This document shows positions 29,226 through 38,116 of a stretch of DNA of 64,000 nucleotides, piece after piece (position 1 is the stretch's first letter; each line of letters opens with the position of its first letter). Origin of the DNA: Actinomycetes bacterium (GTDB lineage Bacteria > Actinomycetota > Acidimicrobiia > Acidimicrobiales > SZUA-35); assembly GCA_024280015.1 (NCBI GenBank), contig JAJRQY010000125.1, positions 9,064 to 73,063 of the forward strand, in the 5' to 3' direction. A program made the translations under genes and the position numbers. Under the pieces are notes generated by a model. The model was not told the DNA's origin and ran no database searches. It worked only from the letters and a program-made list of their open reading frames with translations.

Positions 29226-29510
29226 ATGGTACGACAGGACAAGCACAAGAGCCGTGTTACTGCGAAGGGTACGCGCCCCGAAGGAGCCGAAGCGAGCGAA
29301 ATATCGCCGCGCAACACTCCGGCGCAAGATGCCTATCAACCCTCTCCCAGTTGGGTACCCATATTGATGGGTCTTCTGCTGGTACTCGGGGTCTTGATGA
29401 TCCTTCTCAATTATGTAGATCTGCTTCCTAGCGCTCCATCGAATTGGTACCTGCTTGGCGGCTTAGGATTGGTTCTGGGCGGTATTGTTACCGCTACTCA
29501 GTACCGATAG
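29226..29510 (+). CDS. crgA: Cell division protein CrgA
   Basis: [25 protein letters not shown]...[23 protein letters not shown], the two-TM CrgA signature. Confidence 0.92.
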   Translation: MVRQDKHKSRVTAKGTRPEGAEASEISPRNTPAQDAYQPSPSWVPILMGLLLVLGVLMILLNYVDLLPSAPSNWYLLGGLGLVLGGIVTATQYR

Positions 29511-29587
29511 GTCGACCTCATTAGGTAATTGTGACTAGCCGATCCAAATGTTACGGTTTGATTGCGGACTGATTACTTGTCACAGTA

Positions 29588-29640
29588 TTGTCCACATCCT
29601 GTGTATTTGGGATTTAACCCCTCAAATTGCCTGTGGATAA
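29588..29640. promoter_or_regulatory. Pair of DnaA boxes downstream of crgA
   Basis: TTGTCCACA at 29588-29596 (+) and TTATCCACA at 29632-29640 (-, read as tgtggataa on +), within an AT-rich intergenic region. Confidence 0.7.
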
Positions 29641-29671
29641 GTGATCCGTGAGGCGGGCTGCGCCCAGCAGT

Positions 29672-30094
29672 TTAGATCTCGCTCAAGTCGGTGGTGAGCT
29701 CCATCTCGTCGGCGCAATGCCGTGGTGGCTCTGGTACCTGATCGTTGGCCAAACTCATGCGAAGTTCTGCGCCACATGATGAGCATCGATAGGTGAGTTT
29801 TACCCGCCGTAGCTCGCCGGGCGGAGGAGGCTCAGGAACTGGCCGAGCGAAGGAGCCAATGATGGTCATTCCAAGGTTTAGCAAGACGTAGGTGCTGACT
29901 ACAGCCACCAAGACTCGCCATGGAGTGAAGCCCATGGCAATCAGGACTAGAGCAGCACCAACAGCAAGCCATCGCAGTGCCCGTTTTCGCCGCTTTTGGA
30001 TGGCTAGATCGCGCGACTTTGCCATTGATTCGACCGGCATGTCGTCAGAATCGACGAGATCTGGCTGATCGGTTGTTGGCTTGAAGTCAGACAT
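29672..30094 (-). CDS. Hypothetical membrane protein with C-terminal putative Zn-ribbon (CxxC...HC)
   Basis: Two TM helices followed by YRCSSCGAELR...PRHCADEMEL. Start ATG 30094 is assumed. Confidence 0.7.
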   Translation of the reverse strand: MSDFKPTTDQPDLVDSDDMPVESMAKSRDLAIQKRRKRALRWLAVGAALVLIAMGFTPWRVLVAVVSTYVLLNLGMTIIGSFARPVPEPPPPGELRRVKLTYRCSSCGAELRMSLANDQVPEPPRHCADEMELTTDLSEI

Positions 30095-30177
30095 CCGCGG
30101 TGACTCTACTACGGTGTTGCTCCTACAGCCGTGGCGGGCCGTCGGGCCAAGCGCGGCAAACTGTCGAGGGAGAATCT

Positions 30178-31971
30178 GTGCCAACATCCGCTGAACTCAC
30201 CGAACGTACCGAGAGCACCACCATTCCGAAGGCCTTCCTTCGTACGGTCGAGGAACACGGTGACCTGGTCGCCTTGCGGTGGAAGAATGATGATGACAGT
30301 TGGGGGGAGACAACCTATTGCGAGCTTGCCGATCAGGTGGCTCGGGCTGCGGCTGGACTGGCCGCTCGTGGCATCGGTCATGGGGATCGGGTCATGTTGA
30401 TGATCCGCAATATGCCGTCCTTTCATGTCCTGGACACGGCCTTGTTGTTCCTGGGCGCAACGCCCGTTTCGATCTATAACTCGTCGTCATCTGAGCAGAT
30501 CGCCTACCTCTGCAATGATGCTGGGGCGACGATGGCCATTGTCGAGCACCAGGCCTTCTTTGATGCCTTTAGCAAGGCCCGAAGTGAGATTGGCGGGCTG
30601 AAGAGTCTGGGTTCGGTGGATCAGATTGAAGGCTCGGAGTTTTCGCTTGCTGATCTTCTAAGCACGGACCCGTTGGACCTTCAGGTAGCGGCGCAAACTG
30701 CTCAACCAAGTGATCTAGCCACCCTAATTTACACTTCGGGCACAACTGGTCCGTCAAAGGGAGTCATGCTGGATCACGCCAATGTCTCCTGGACCATCGA
30801 ATGCTTGCGTCTTGCCATCGACATGGATGAGATTGCCGGTAGTCGCATCATCAGTTACCTCCCGATGGCTCATATTGCCGAGCGGGCCACTGGCCACTAT
30901 CAGCCACTCTTTCTTGGCCTTGAGGTCACCTGTTGTCCTGACCCCAAGGAACTCGCCGCTTATGCCGGACATGTCCGACCCAACATCATGTTTGGGGTGC
31001 CCCGGGTGTGGGAGAAAATCTACGGAGGCGTGAAGGCTGCTCTTTCGGCTGACCCGGAAAAAGAAAAGGCGGTCAATGAGGCCGTCGAGGCAGCCGCACC
31101 AATTGCGGAAAAGATGACCTTCGGAACTGCTTCGGAGGAAGAGCTGGAAACCTATGCCTTCCTCGACGCTGTTGCCTTCACGCCGATTCGCGAACTGGTC
31201 GGGCTTGATCAACTGGTCGTTGCCATCACCGGAGCCGCGCCGATTCCTGCCGAAATCCTGTCCTGGTTCCGGACCATTGGTGTTCCCCTGTCTGAAATCT
31301 ATGGACTATCGGAAACGACGGGTCCGACGACGTGGGATCCCTATCGGGTGAAGCCTGGCTTTGTTGGGCGTGCTGCGCCCGGTATCGAAGTTGCGCTAGC
31401 TGAAGATGGTGAAGTGATCTGTCGTGGTGGCAATATTTTCCGCGGCTACCTGAACCTTCCTGACAAAACCGCCGAGGCCATGAGTGAGGGCGGTTGGTTC
31501 CACACCGGAGACATTGGTGAGTTTGACGATGAGGGTTACCTCAAGATTGTTGACCGGAAGAAAGAACTGATCATCACCGCTGGTGGTAAGAACCTCTCAC
31601 CGGCCAATCTTGAAGCAGCACTCAAAATGATTCCCCTGGTTGGCCAAGCATGCGCCGTTGGTGATGGCCGGCCGTTCGTGTCTGCTCTTGTTGTGCTCGA
31701 TCCTGATATTGCCCCCCAATGGGCCAGCGCCCAAGGCATCGACTATGACTCGATTGAAGAACTTGGCAAGAACCCAATCGTGATTGCCGAGATCGAGTCA
31801 GGCCTCAAGGCCTCAATGGCCAACTTCAATCACGCCGAAGCAGTCAAGCGGGTTACTGTCCTTGGTGCGGAATGGATGCCAGATACTGAACTGTTGACTC
31901 CAACTTCCAAGCTCAAGCGTCGTGGCATACACAGCATGTTCGCCACAGAAATCGAAGCGATGTACTCGTGA
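30178..31971 (+). CDS. Long-chain fatty-acid--CoA ligase (AMP-dependent synthetase)
   Basis: IYTSGTTGPSKG, SYLPMAH, EIYGLSET, FHTGDIG, IVDRKKELI and TPTSKLKR. Confidence 0.92.
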   Translation: MPTSAELTERTESTTIPKAFLRTVEEHGDLVALRWKNDDDSWGETTYCELADQVARAAAGLAARGIGHGDRVMLMIRNMPSFHVLDTALLFLGATPVSIYNSSSSEQIAYLCNDAGATMAIVEHQAFFDAFSKARSEIGGLKSLGSVDQIEGSEFSLADLLSTDPLDLQVAAQTAQPSDLATLIYTSGTTGPSKGVMLDHANVSWTIECLRLAIDMDEIAGSRIISYLPMAHIAERATGHYQPLFLGLEVTCCPDPKELAAYAGHVRPNIMFGVPRVWEKIYGGVKAALSADPEKEKAVNEAVEAAAPIAEKMTFGTASEEELETYAFLDAVAFTPIRELVGLDQLVVAITGAAPIPAEILSWFRTIGVPLSEIYGLSETTGPTTWDPYRVKPGFVGRAAPGIEVALAEDGEVICRGGNIFRGYLNLPDKTAEAMSEGGWFHTGDIGEFDDEGYLKIVDRKKELIITAGGKNLSPANLEAALKMIPLVGQACAVGDGRPFVSALVVLDPDIAPQWASAQGIDYDSIEELGKNPIVIAEIESGLKASMANFNHAEAVKRVTVLGAEWMPDTELLTPTSKLKRRGIHSMFATEIEAMYS

Positions 31972-31983
31972 GCGACGTGAGCA

Positions 31984-32523
31984 GTGTTAGCTAAGAGGCT
32001 GGCAGGTCGAGGCCTCACAAGCATGGTCGTACTCGCTTTTGCTGTTGCCTTGTCCAGTTGTTCGAGCGGACCAGACCTGGACCAGTCCGATCTCGCCCGA
32101 TTGCAAGAGGCAGTCCAGGTCAGCGCGAGTTCAGCCGGCATTGCGCTTACGGACTCTGATCGAGACTGTGTCATCGAGAAAACTTCAACCAGTGAGGCTC
32201 AGGAGGTTCTCGCCGCCTTTTCCAATTCGGCCGATGGACTTGTCTTGAGCGATGAAGTGAGTGATTCGATGGCTGGGGCCGTGGTTGATTGTGTGGGGTC
32301 TGGCGTCCTGGTGCAGTCCGGTTTGTTGTTCTTCGCTGGTGACATTTCACCAGAGTCACAGGCCTGCACCGGGGACACGTTCGATCAGGATCTCTTGAGC
32401 CAACTCATCGCCTCATTCATGTCGGGAACCGAACGCAAGTCGACAGAGATCGAGATCGAAATAGGACTTGTCCTCGGTCAATGTCTTACACCGACCGAAC
32501 TACTCCGGCTGCATGAGGGCTAG
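31984..32523 (+). CDS. Hypothetical Cys-containing lipoprotein
   Basis: Lipobox ALSSC and two similar Cys-containing helical repeats (DCV..., DCV/QCL). The exact start is uncertain. Confidence 0.65.
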   Translation: MLAKRLAGRGLTSMVVLAFAVALSSCSSGPDLDQSDLARLQEAVQVSASSAGIALTDSDRDCVIEKTSTSEAQEVLAAFSNSADGLVLSDEVSDSMAGAVVDCVGSGVLVQSGLLFFAGDISPESQACTGDTFDQDLLSQLIASFMSGTERKSTEIEIEIGLVLGQCLTPTELLRLHEG

Positions 32524-32527
32524 TTAC

Positions 32528-32579
32528 GTAATGCTGACTCAAGTAATGCTGACTCAAGTAATGCTGACTCAAGTAATGC
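32528..32579. repeat. 15-bp tandem repeat x3.5 spanning the response-regulator stop codon
   Basis: (gtaatgctgactcaa)x3 followed by gtaatgc. Confidence 0.9.
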
Positions 32580-33198
32580 CATGGTCAACGGCGTAGCGGA
32601 TCAGCTCGTTCTTCCGATTCAGTCTGAGCTTCTTGAGAATGTTCCGGACATGGTTCTCCACCGTCTTGGGTGAGATGAATAGGTCCTCACCGATCTCGCC
32701 GTAGGTATGACCACGGGCAACGAGTTGCAGAACCTCGCGTTCCCGATCACTCAGGCCTTGTCCGTCGGGTGCCTGGTTTCGCATGCGGCGAAAGTCGGTC
32801 AAGACCAAGGCTGCCAACGAGGCAGAGAACACTGGTTCGCCCTGGGCCGCTTTCCAGAGCTGATTGCGAAGCTCGGTGGCGTCGATGGACTTGAGAAGGT
32901 AGCCAACGGCACCAGCAGCAACGGCTTCTAACAGGTCGGCTTCGGCTTCAGAGACACTGAGTATGACAACAGGAATTGCGTCCGCCACCGCCTTGGCGAC
33001 CGCTACTCCACCACCGTTTGGCATGTGCAGATCAGTTAGGACCAGGTCGGGCTTGGTTTTCTCAATGAGGGCAATTGCTTCGGTCGCGTCCGCGGCCTCG
33101 CCAACTATATGGAAGTTCTCGCCCAGGTCTTCCTTGATACCGGATCGCCAGATGGAATGATCATCAGCAACAACGACTCGGATTGCACTCACACCCAT
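32569..33198 (-). CDS. NarL/LuxR family response regulator
   Basis: VVADDH, LTDLHMP, GYLLK and LSDREREVLQLVARGHTYGEIG...ISPKTVENHV. An alternative GTG start at 33192 overlaps the kinase stop. Confidence 0.95.
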   Translation of the reverse strand: MGVSAIRVVVADDHSIWRSGIKEDLGENFHIVGEAADATEAIALIEKTKPDLVLTDLHMPNGGGVAVAKAVADAIPVVILSVSEAEADLLEAVAAGAVGYLLKSIDATELRNQLWKAAQGEPVFSASLAALVLTDFRRMRNQAPDGQGLSDREREVLQLVARGHTYGEIGEDLFISPKTVENHVRNILKKLRLNRKNELIRYAVDHGIT

Positions 33199-34340
33199 AG
33201 TTGCACCTCGGTGCCTCGTCCAGGGCGGCTCTTGAGTTCGACCGTTCCGCCTTGTTCTGTTATTCGGCCTCGAATGGACCGACCTAAACCAATGCCTTCA
33301 ACAACTTCATCGATATTGAAGCCGGACCCGTCATCCTTGATGGACACAAAGAGGCCATACCTGTCGTGTTTTCGCTCCGATGGTTCAGCGAAGACGGTCA
33401 CCTTGTTGGCATCGCCGTGTTTGGCCGAGTTGGTGATCGATTCTTTTACCGCACCGGCAAGGGCCTGAATGAGTGGGGCAGGCAGGTCGGGACGATCTGG
33501 ACAGTCTGGCGTGACGATCACCTGGACCGTCAGATCATAAAGGCGCTCTGAGGCCGCTGCTGCCTCTCGCAGGGTTGTTTCCAGGCTCGCAGGCTCGCTG
33601 GCCGTCATGGCAACGGCTCTGCTGTCAGCCAGGTAGAGACGCAAGGAGTTCTCCTGGTCCTTGGCCATGTCGGACAGTGCCGGGTCATCGGATCGGCGTT
33701 GGATGACGGCCAGGGTTTGTAGAACGCCGTCGTGGAGCTCTCGGGCGACTTCTTCCCGAGTCCGTGCCAAGGAGATCTCGCGCTCGGCCAGACGAAGGCG
33801 TTGGGTAAGGGCGCCGGCGATAGACCCCACCAGAAGCCAGAGGCCAATCTTGGAGAAGGCTGAAACGAGAACTGAGCGGTCCAGTACCGTCGATTCGACA
33901 AAGAGGCTGGTGCCTCCGACCAGGAGTGCGGAGAGGATTCCCGCCCGCTGACCGAGGCAGATCCCAACCGCGATGACCCCAGCGGCTGGCCAGGCCCAAG
34001 GAAGGGACTGCGCCCTGGTTTGTTGATAGACCAACCCATCGCCGAGGAGGAGGGTCACACCAATTCCAAGTTCGAGAAAGAGGAACCAATAGCTGGACAA
34101 TAATGAGGCGTTGGTTGTGGCCAACAGGCCCGTGATTGCGGTAAAGATGGTGGCGATGGCCAGAAGGGCGATGGCCAACCAGGGGCGAGTGAGTTCATCC
34201 CGGGAAAGAACGACCCCAATGATGGCCCAAATCAGGGTGGCCCAGCGGAAAATCGAAACCGATCGCAAGAGTTGCTCGGTCAAAACGTCTTCACCAGCAC
34301 CAACGCCGTGACGATTCTGTCGCGCTGTGAGGGTCGTCAT
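33189..34340 (-). CDS. Membrane sensor histidine kinase (HisKA_3-like + HATPase)
   Basis: Multiple TMs, H-box ARELHDGVLQTLA, N-box ESITNSAKHG, G1 IKDDGSGF and G2 GIGLGRSI. Confidence 0.9.
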   Translation of the reverse strand: MTTLTARQNRHGVGAGEDVLTEQLLRSVSIFRWATLIWAIIGVVLSRDELTRPWLAIALLAIATIFTAITGLLATTNASLLSSYWFLFLELGIGVTLLLGDGLVYQQTRAQSLPWAWPAAGVIAVGICLGQRAGILSALLVGGTSLFVESTVLDRSVLVSAFSKIGLWLLVGSIAGALTQRLRLAEREISLARTREEVARELHDGVLQTLAVIQRRSDDPALSDMAKDQENSLRLYLADSRAVAMTASEPASLETTLREAAAASERLYDLTVQVIVTPDCPDRPDLPAPLIQALAGAVKESITNSAKHGDANKVTVFAEPSERKHDRYGLFVSIKDDGSGFNIDEVVEGIGLGRSIRGRITEQGGTVELKSRPGRGTEVQLWV

Positions 34341-34370
34341 CCCCCTAGTTTCGACGCCCCCCAGCAGGTT

Positions 34371-34387
34371 TTGGGGGATTCCCCCAA
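34371..34387. promoter_or_regulatory. Perfect 17-bp palindrome between the divergent kinase and acyltransferase genes
   Basis: TTGGGGGA-T-TCCCCCAA. Confidence 0.5.
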
Positions 34388-34422
34388 TTCCTCCGATAGC
34401 TCTTTCTTGCTTTTATGGTGGA

Positions 34423-35790
34423 ATGCAACGCACACACGACCTCAGACCCACTAGTGATCAGAGCATTCCTCGCCCTTCAACCAAGCCAGATCTGGACGAA
34501 ATGGCCGCCGGAGCCAAGGCCGGCCGCAACCGGGCCGTCGACCTGTATCGAGCGGTGGCCATGTTGGCCGTCGCTGTTGGTCACTGGGTAGCCGTGGTGG
34601 CCTTTCGCCAGAACGACGGCGAACTGATCACCGGCAATGCGTTGGAGTTTGTGCCCAGCTTCTCTGCCATCACGTGGGTCCTACAGGTGATGCCGCTGTT
34701 CTTCATGGTCGGAGGGTTTGCCTCGGCCGCCTCACTGGACTCGAAGAACCGAGCAGGTCAAGCTTCCACCTCCAGCTTTGCTGAGCGTTCAAGCTGGACG
34801 GCTTCTCGCTTGGCTCGGCTTCTTCCGCCCGTTAAGGCTCTGGCCACGACCTGGCTGGTCATCATTGGACTTGGGTACCTCACCGGCATGAGTGGCCTCA
34901 CCAATGCTGGTGCCATTGCTGCGGCCATCCCGCTGTGGTTCTTGGCCAACTACACCGCCGACGTCGTGATTGCGCCTCACGTACTGCCCCTGTTCCGTCG
35001 CTCACCTGGCCTGGTTGCCGTCGGTGCTGTTGGCCTGTTCCTTGTCTTAGAAGCTGCCCGTCTGGCCGGTGACCATGTGTTCTCCCAGATCAACTGGATT
35101 CTTGGCTGGTTTCTCTTCCAGATGGCCGGATTCGCCTGGCGAGATGGCTTGCTCCCAACCGGGCGCTCCCTGGCCGGGCTAGCTCTTGGACTGTGGGCCA
35201 CGGTCCTAGCGCTGGTGAGCTTCGGCCCATGGCCAGTCACCATGGTTGGATTCGATGGCATTGCTCACAACCCGACCCATCCGCCAACCCTGGCCCTGCT
35301 GGTCTTCGGTGCGGCCCAGAGCGCGACCGCCATCTACTTTGCCCCCCGGGTGACCGCCTGGCTTGAGCGCACCCCGGTGGCCTGGAAGTCCGTAGTTGTC
35401 GCCAATAGCTTCGCCATGACTGTGTACCTGTGGCACATGACCGCAGCCGTCGTTGTTCTCGGAGCCTTTGATGCCGCTGGTCTGTTGTCCGGAGCCCAAC
35501 CAGGAACCGCTGGTTGGTGGTTGGCCAAGATTCCCTTCATTGCTGCTTGCATTGGAGTTCTAGCCATGATTGTTCCCAAGTTGGCCAAGATCGAGCGAGC
35601 CGCCTTATTGTCGCCCAAAGCGGACTGGCCCTTCAGCCCTGTCTCACTCCTGGCCGGTGCTGTCCTGGTGTCGATTGCTCTCAAGGCTTGGACTGCGGGT
35701 TCAATCGCCCTGATCATCCCGTCCTTGATGGTGGTTATCGGAGCATCCCAGTTCGTGACGCTTGCTGTCAGATCGAACCGGTACTCCTAG
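34423..35790 (+). CDS. Acyltransferase-3 family integral membrane acyltransferase
   Basis: RNRAVDLYRAVAMLAVAVGHW, QVMPLFFMVGG, LWFLANY and MTVYLWHM, with about 11 TMs. Confidence 0.87.
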   Translation: MQRTHDLRPTSDQSIPRPSTKPDLDEMAAGAKAGRNRAVDLYRAVAMLAVAVGHWVAVVAFRQNDGELITGNALEFVPSFSAITWVLQVMPLFFMVGGFASAASLDSKNRAGQASTSSFAERSSWTASRLARLLPPVKALATTWLVIIGLGYLTGMSGLTNAGAIAAAIPLWFLANYTADVVIAPHVLPLFRRSPGLVAVGAVGLFLVLEAARLAGDHVFSQINWILGWFLFQMAGFAWRDGLLPTGRSLAGLALGLWATVLALVSFGPWPVTMVGFDGIAHNPTHPPTLALLVFGAAQSATAIYFAPRVTAWLERTPVAWKSVVVANSFAMTVYLWHMTAAVVVLGAFDAAGLLSGAQPGTAGWWLAKIPFIAACIGVLAMIVPKLAKIERAALLSPKADWPFSPVSLLAGAVLVSIALKAWTAGSIALIIPSLMVVIGASQFVTLAVRSNRYS

Positions 35791-35934
35791 TCCTCTCAAC
35801 GGTTGGTGCCAGGGTTCGTGGCCCTCGGCCCTGGATGCTCCTGTCCACTCTTGAGCAAAGCTCGGCTTTTCGTGGTCGAAGGAGGTGAGATAGGTTGCGC
35901 TGGGGGTCACCTCCTCCACCAAGGAGTAACAGAC

Positions 35935-37115
35935 ATGACGTATGCACCATCAGAGCGACCGTTCTACGACGCAGATAGTCACATCATGGAGTTGCCAAAC
36001 TTCCTGATTGACTACGCCGATCCGAACGTTCGAGATCGGTTGCGGCCAGTGAGCTATGAGGCATCGCTGGTGACCGACGAAGAAGTCGATGTCATTGTTG
36101 CCAACAATTCCAAGCATTCGGTGGAACATGTTGCAGCTCAGATCGCAATGGGGGACCAGTTGATCGCCCAATCAAAAGAGATTCAGGCCCTCGGTGCCTT
36201 TGACCGCGATGACCGGTCGGTAGCCCTGGACATGCTGGGGTTCAAGAAACAGTTGGTGTTCGCCACCCATAGCGTGGCCACCCCGTTCTCGGCCAGCGAG
36301 AAGCTGCCTGCTGATCTGCGCTATGGAGCAACTCGGGCTCACAATCGAGCCCTCCGAGACTTCTGCGAAACGATGATCGCCTGATGGCGGTTGGCGTGGT
36401 TCCGCTCAACGATCCAGCACTGGCCATGATCGAGTTGGACTTTGCCCTCGAAGCCGGGATGGAGGCGATTTGGGTTCCCCATCAAGCGACCAGTGGCCGC
36501 TCGCCGGGGCATGTTGACTTGTACCCGTTTTGGGATCGGCTGGCCCAATCCGAGACACCCTTTGTGCTGCACATTGGTGGCGCCCCGTTGCAGCTGGACG
36601 AGGCGTGGACCAATACTGGACGTCCGCCAGCCAGAGACTGGATGGGTGGCGGCGAGAACGTGCGTAGCAAGGACATGGCGGTAACCCACCAGGGCCCGGA
36701 AACGTTCTTGTCGGTGATGCTCATGGACGGAATCTTTGAGAAGTTCCCGAAGTTGCGGGGGGCCAGTGTTGAATTGGGGGCCGGTTGGGTGCCTTCGATG
36801 TTGGAACGGTTGGACTGGGTTGTTCGTGGCTGGAGCAAGGTTGATCAGTACCTGGCCGAACTCAAGAGGACGCCGTCTGAAACCCTGCGGGAGCAGATGG
36901 CTTTCACCCCCTTCGTCTTTGAAGACGTCGGCAAGCTGATTGACGCATCATCTGACGACCTGTACCTCTTCTCCAGCGATTACCCCCATGTTGAGGGAGG
37001 AAGTGACCCCATCGGGCGATTTGAGAAATGCTTAGCTGGGCGCGCTTCGCCTGCTCGCAACAACTTCTATGCTGAGAACTTCCTTCGAATCTTCCCAGGC
37101 TCCCGAGTTCACTAG
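35935..37115 (+). pseudogene. Amidohydrolase_2 family protein split by a 1-bp frameshift at about 36369
   Basis: ORF1 has DADSHIME (metal-binding HxH-like motif). ORF2 has VLHIG and LFSSDYPHVEG. At the junction gaaacgatgatcgcctgatggcg, one extra A gives ...CENDDRLMAVG..., the usual continuous sequence. Confidence 0.78.
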
Positions 37116-37147
37116 CTGAAAAGGCAATCTCACCCTGGCTGCCAGCC

Positions 37148-38116
37148 CTAGTAGCCCGTCCGGTGATTGACCGCAGTCGTCGGGATTTCACCCTTGTTGA
37201 GGGCGGCGACGCTGGCAATGAGCACGTCAATCAGGCGATCCAGATAGTCACTGCTGAGCCCGGCCGTGTGGGGTGAAACGGTCAGGTTGGGCACATGCCA
37301 CAGCGGTGAGTCCTCCGGAAGTGGCTCCGTCTCGAAGACGTCCATGCAGGCTCCACCGAGCTGACCGACTTCTAACGCGGAAACGACGGCATCAATGTTG
37401 GTGACTGTGCCCCGCGAGACGTCAACCAAGAGTGCGCCCGGTGCCAGCGCCGCCAATTCATTGGCTCCAATCAGGCCCCGTGTCTCGTCGGTGAGTGGCG
37501 TCACGACCACCACGACGTCGGCCCCGGCAAGGGCCTGCATCCGCTCAGTTGGAGTAACCACCAGATCGACCCCGTCAACTGGCTCGCCGCTCCGTCGGAC
37601 CCCGGTCACGCGCATGTCAAAGGCACCGGCCCGCCGAGCAATGCTCTGACCAATCACCCCCAAACCGACAACACACATGGTGCGACCAGCCAAGGACATT
37701 ATTGGCAACGAAACCCGCCACTGGTTGTTGTCTTGGCGCCGAACGATCTGCGGGATTTGATACGCCAACGCCAGTACTTGAGCCATCACGAATTCGGGCA
37801 TGTGGGGCTCATGGACTCCGCTGGCATTGCTGACAATGACATCCTTTGCCAGTCCGATGGCCGGGAGTAGTGAGTCAGCACCAGCACCGGGAAGCTGGAT
37901 CAACTTCAGTTTGGTGGCGCTGGCCCAGTGTTCTCCCGTCATCTTGAAACCGAACAGGATCTCGATGTCGGGAAGAGCAGCGATGAACTCGGCATCGTCT
38001 TTCAGCATGACGAGATCAAATTGTTCAAGTTCGGTCATTTTCTCTGGGCCGACATGAGCGAGAAGCTTGTCTCCAAAGACATGAATGGTTCGGTATCTGG
38101 GGTGGTCTTGTGCCAT
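37148..38116 (-). CDS. D-isomer specific 2-hydroxyacid dehydrogenase family protein
   Basis: VVGLGVIG, DVSRG, DVFETEPL and SPHTAG. Confidence 0.9.
   Translation of the reverse strand: MAQDHPRYRTIHVFGDKLLAHVGPEKMTELEQFDLVMLKDDAEFIAALPDIEILFGFKMTGEHWASATKLKLIQLPGAGADSLLPAIGLAKDVIVSNASGVHEPHMPEFVMAQVLALAYQIPQIVRRQDNNQWRVSLPIMSLAGRTMCVVGLGVIGQSIARRAGAFDMRVTGVRRSGEPVDGVDLVVTPTERMQALAGADVVVVVTPLTDETRGLIGANELAALAPGALLVDVSRGTVTNIDAVVSALEVGQLGGACMDVFETEPLPEDSPLWHVPNLTVSPHTAGLSSDYLDRLIDVLIASVAALNKGEIPTTAVNHRTGY

Noticed and set aside
29511-29671. oriC
   Set aside because: Only two good DnaA boxes, no flanking dnaA/dnaN, and no clear DUE repeats. Treated as an extra-origin DnaA site instead.
20899-30094. 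parS sites expected near an origin-proximal division cluster
   Set aside because: I did not see GTTTCACGTGAAAC-like palindromes by eye. A pattern search would be needed to exclude degenerate copies.
32528-32579. Repeat array as a mini-CRISPR
   Set aside because: The units are head-to-tail with no spacers, only 15 bp long, and there are no cas genes.
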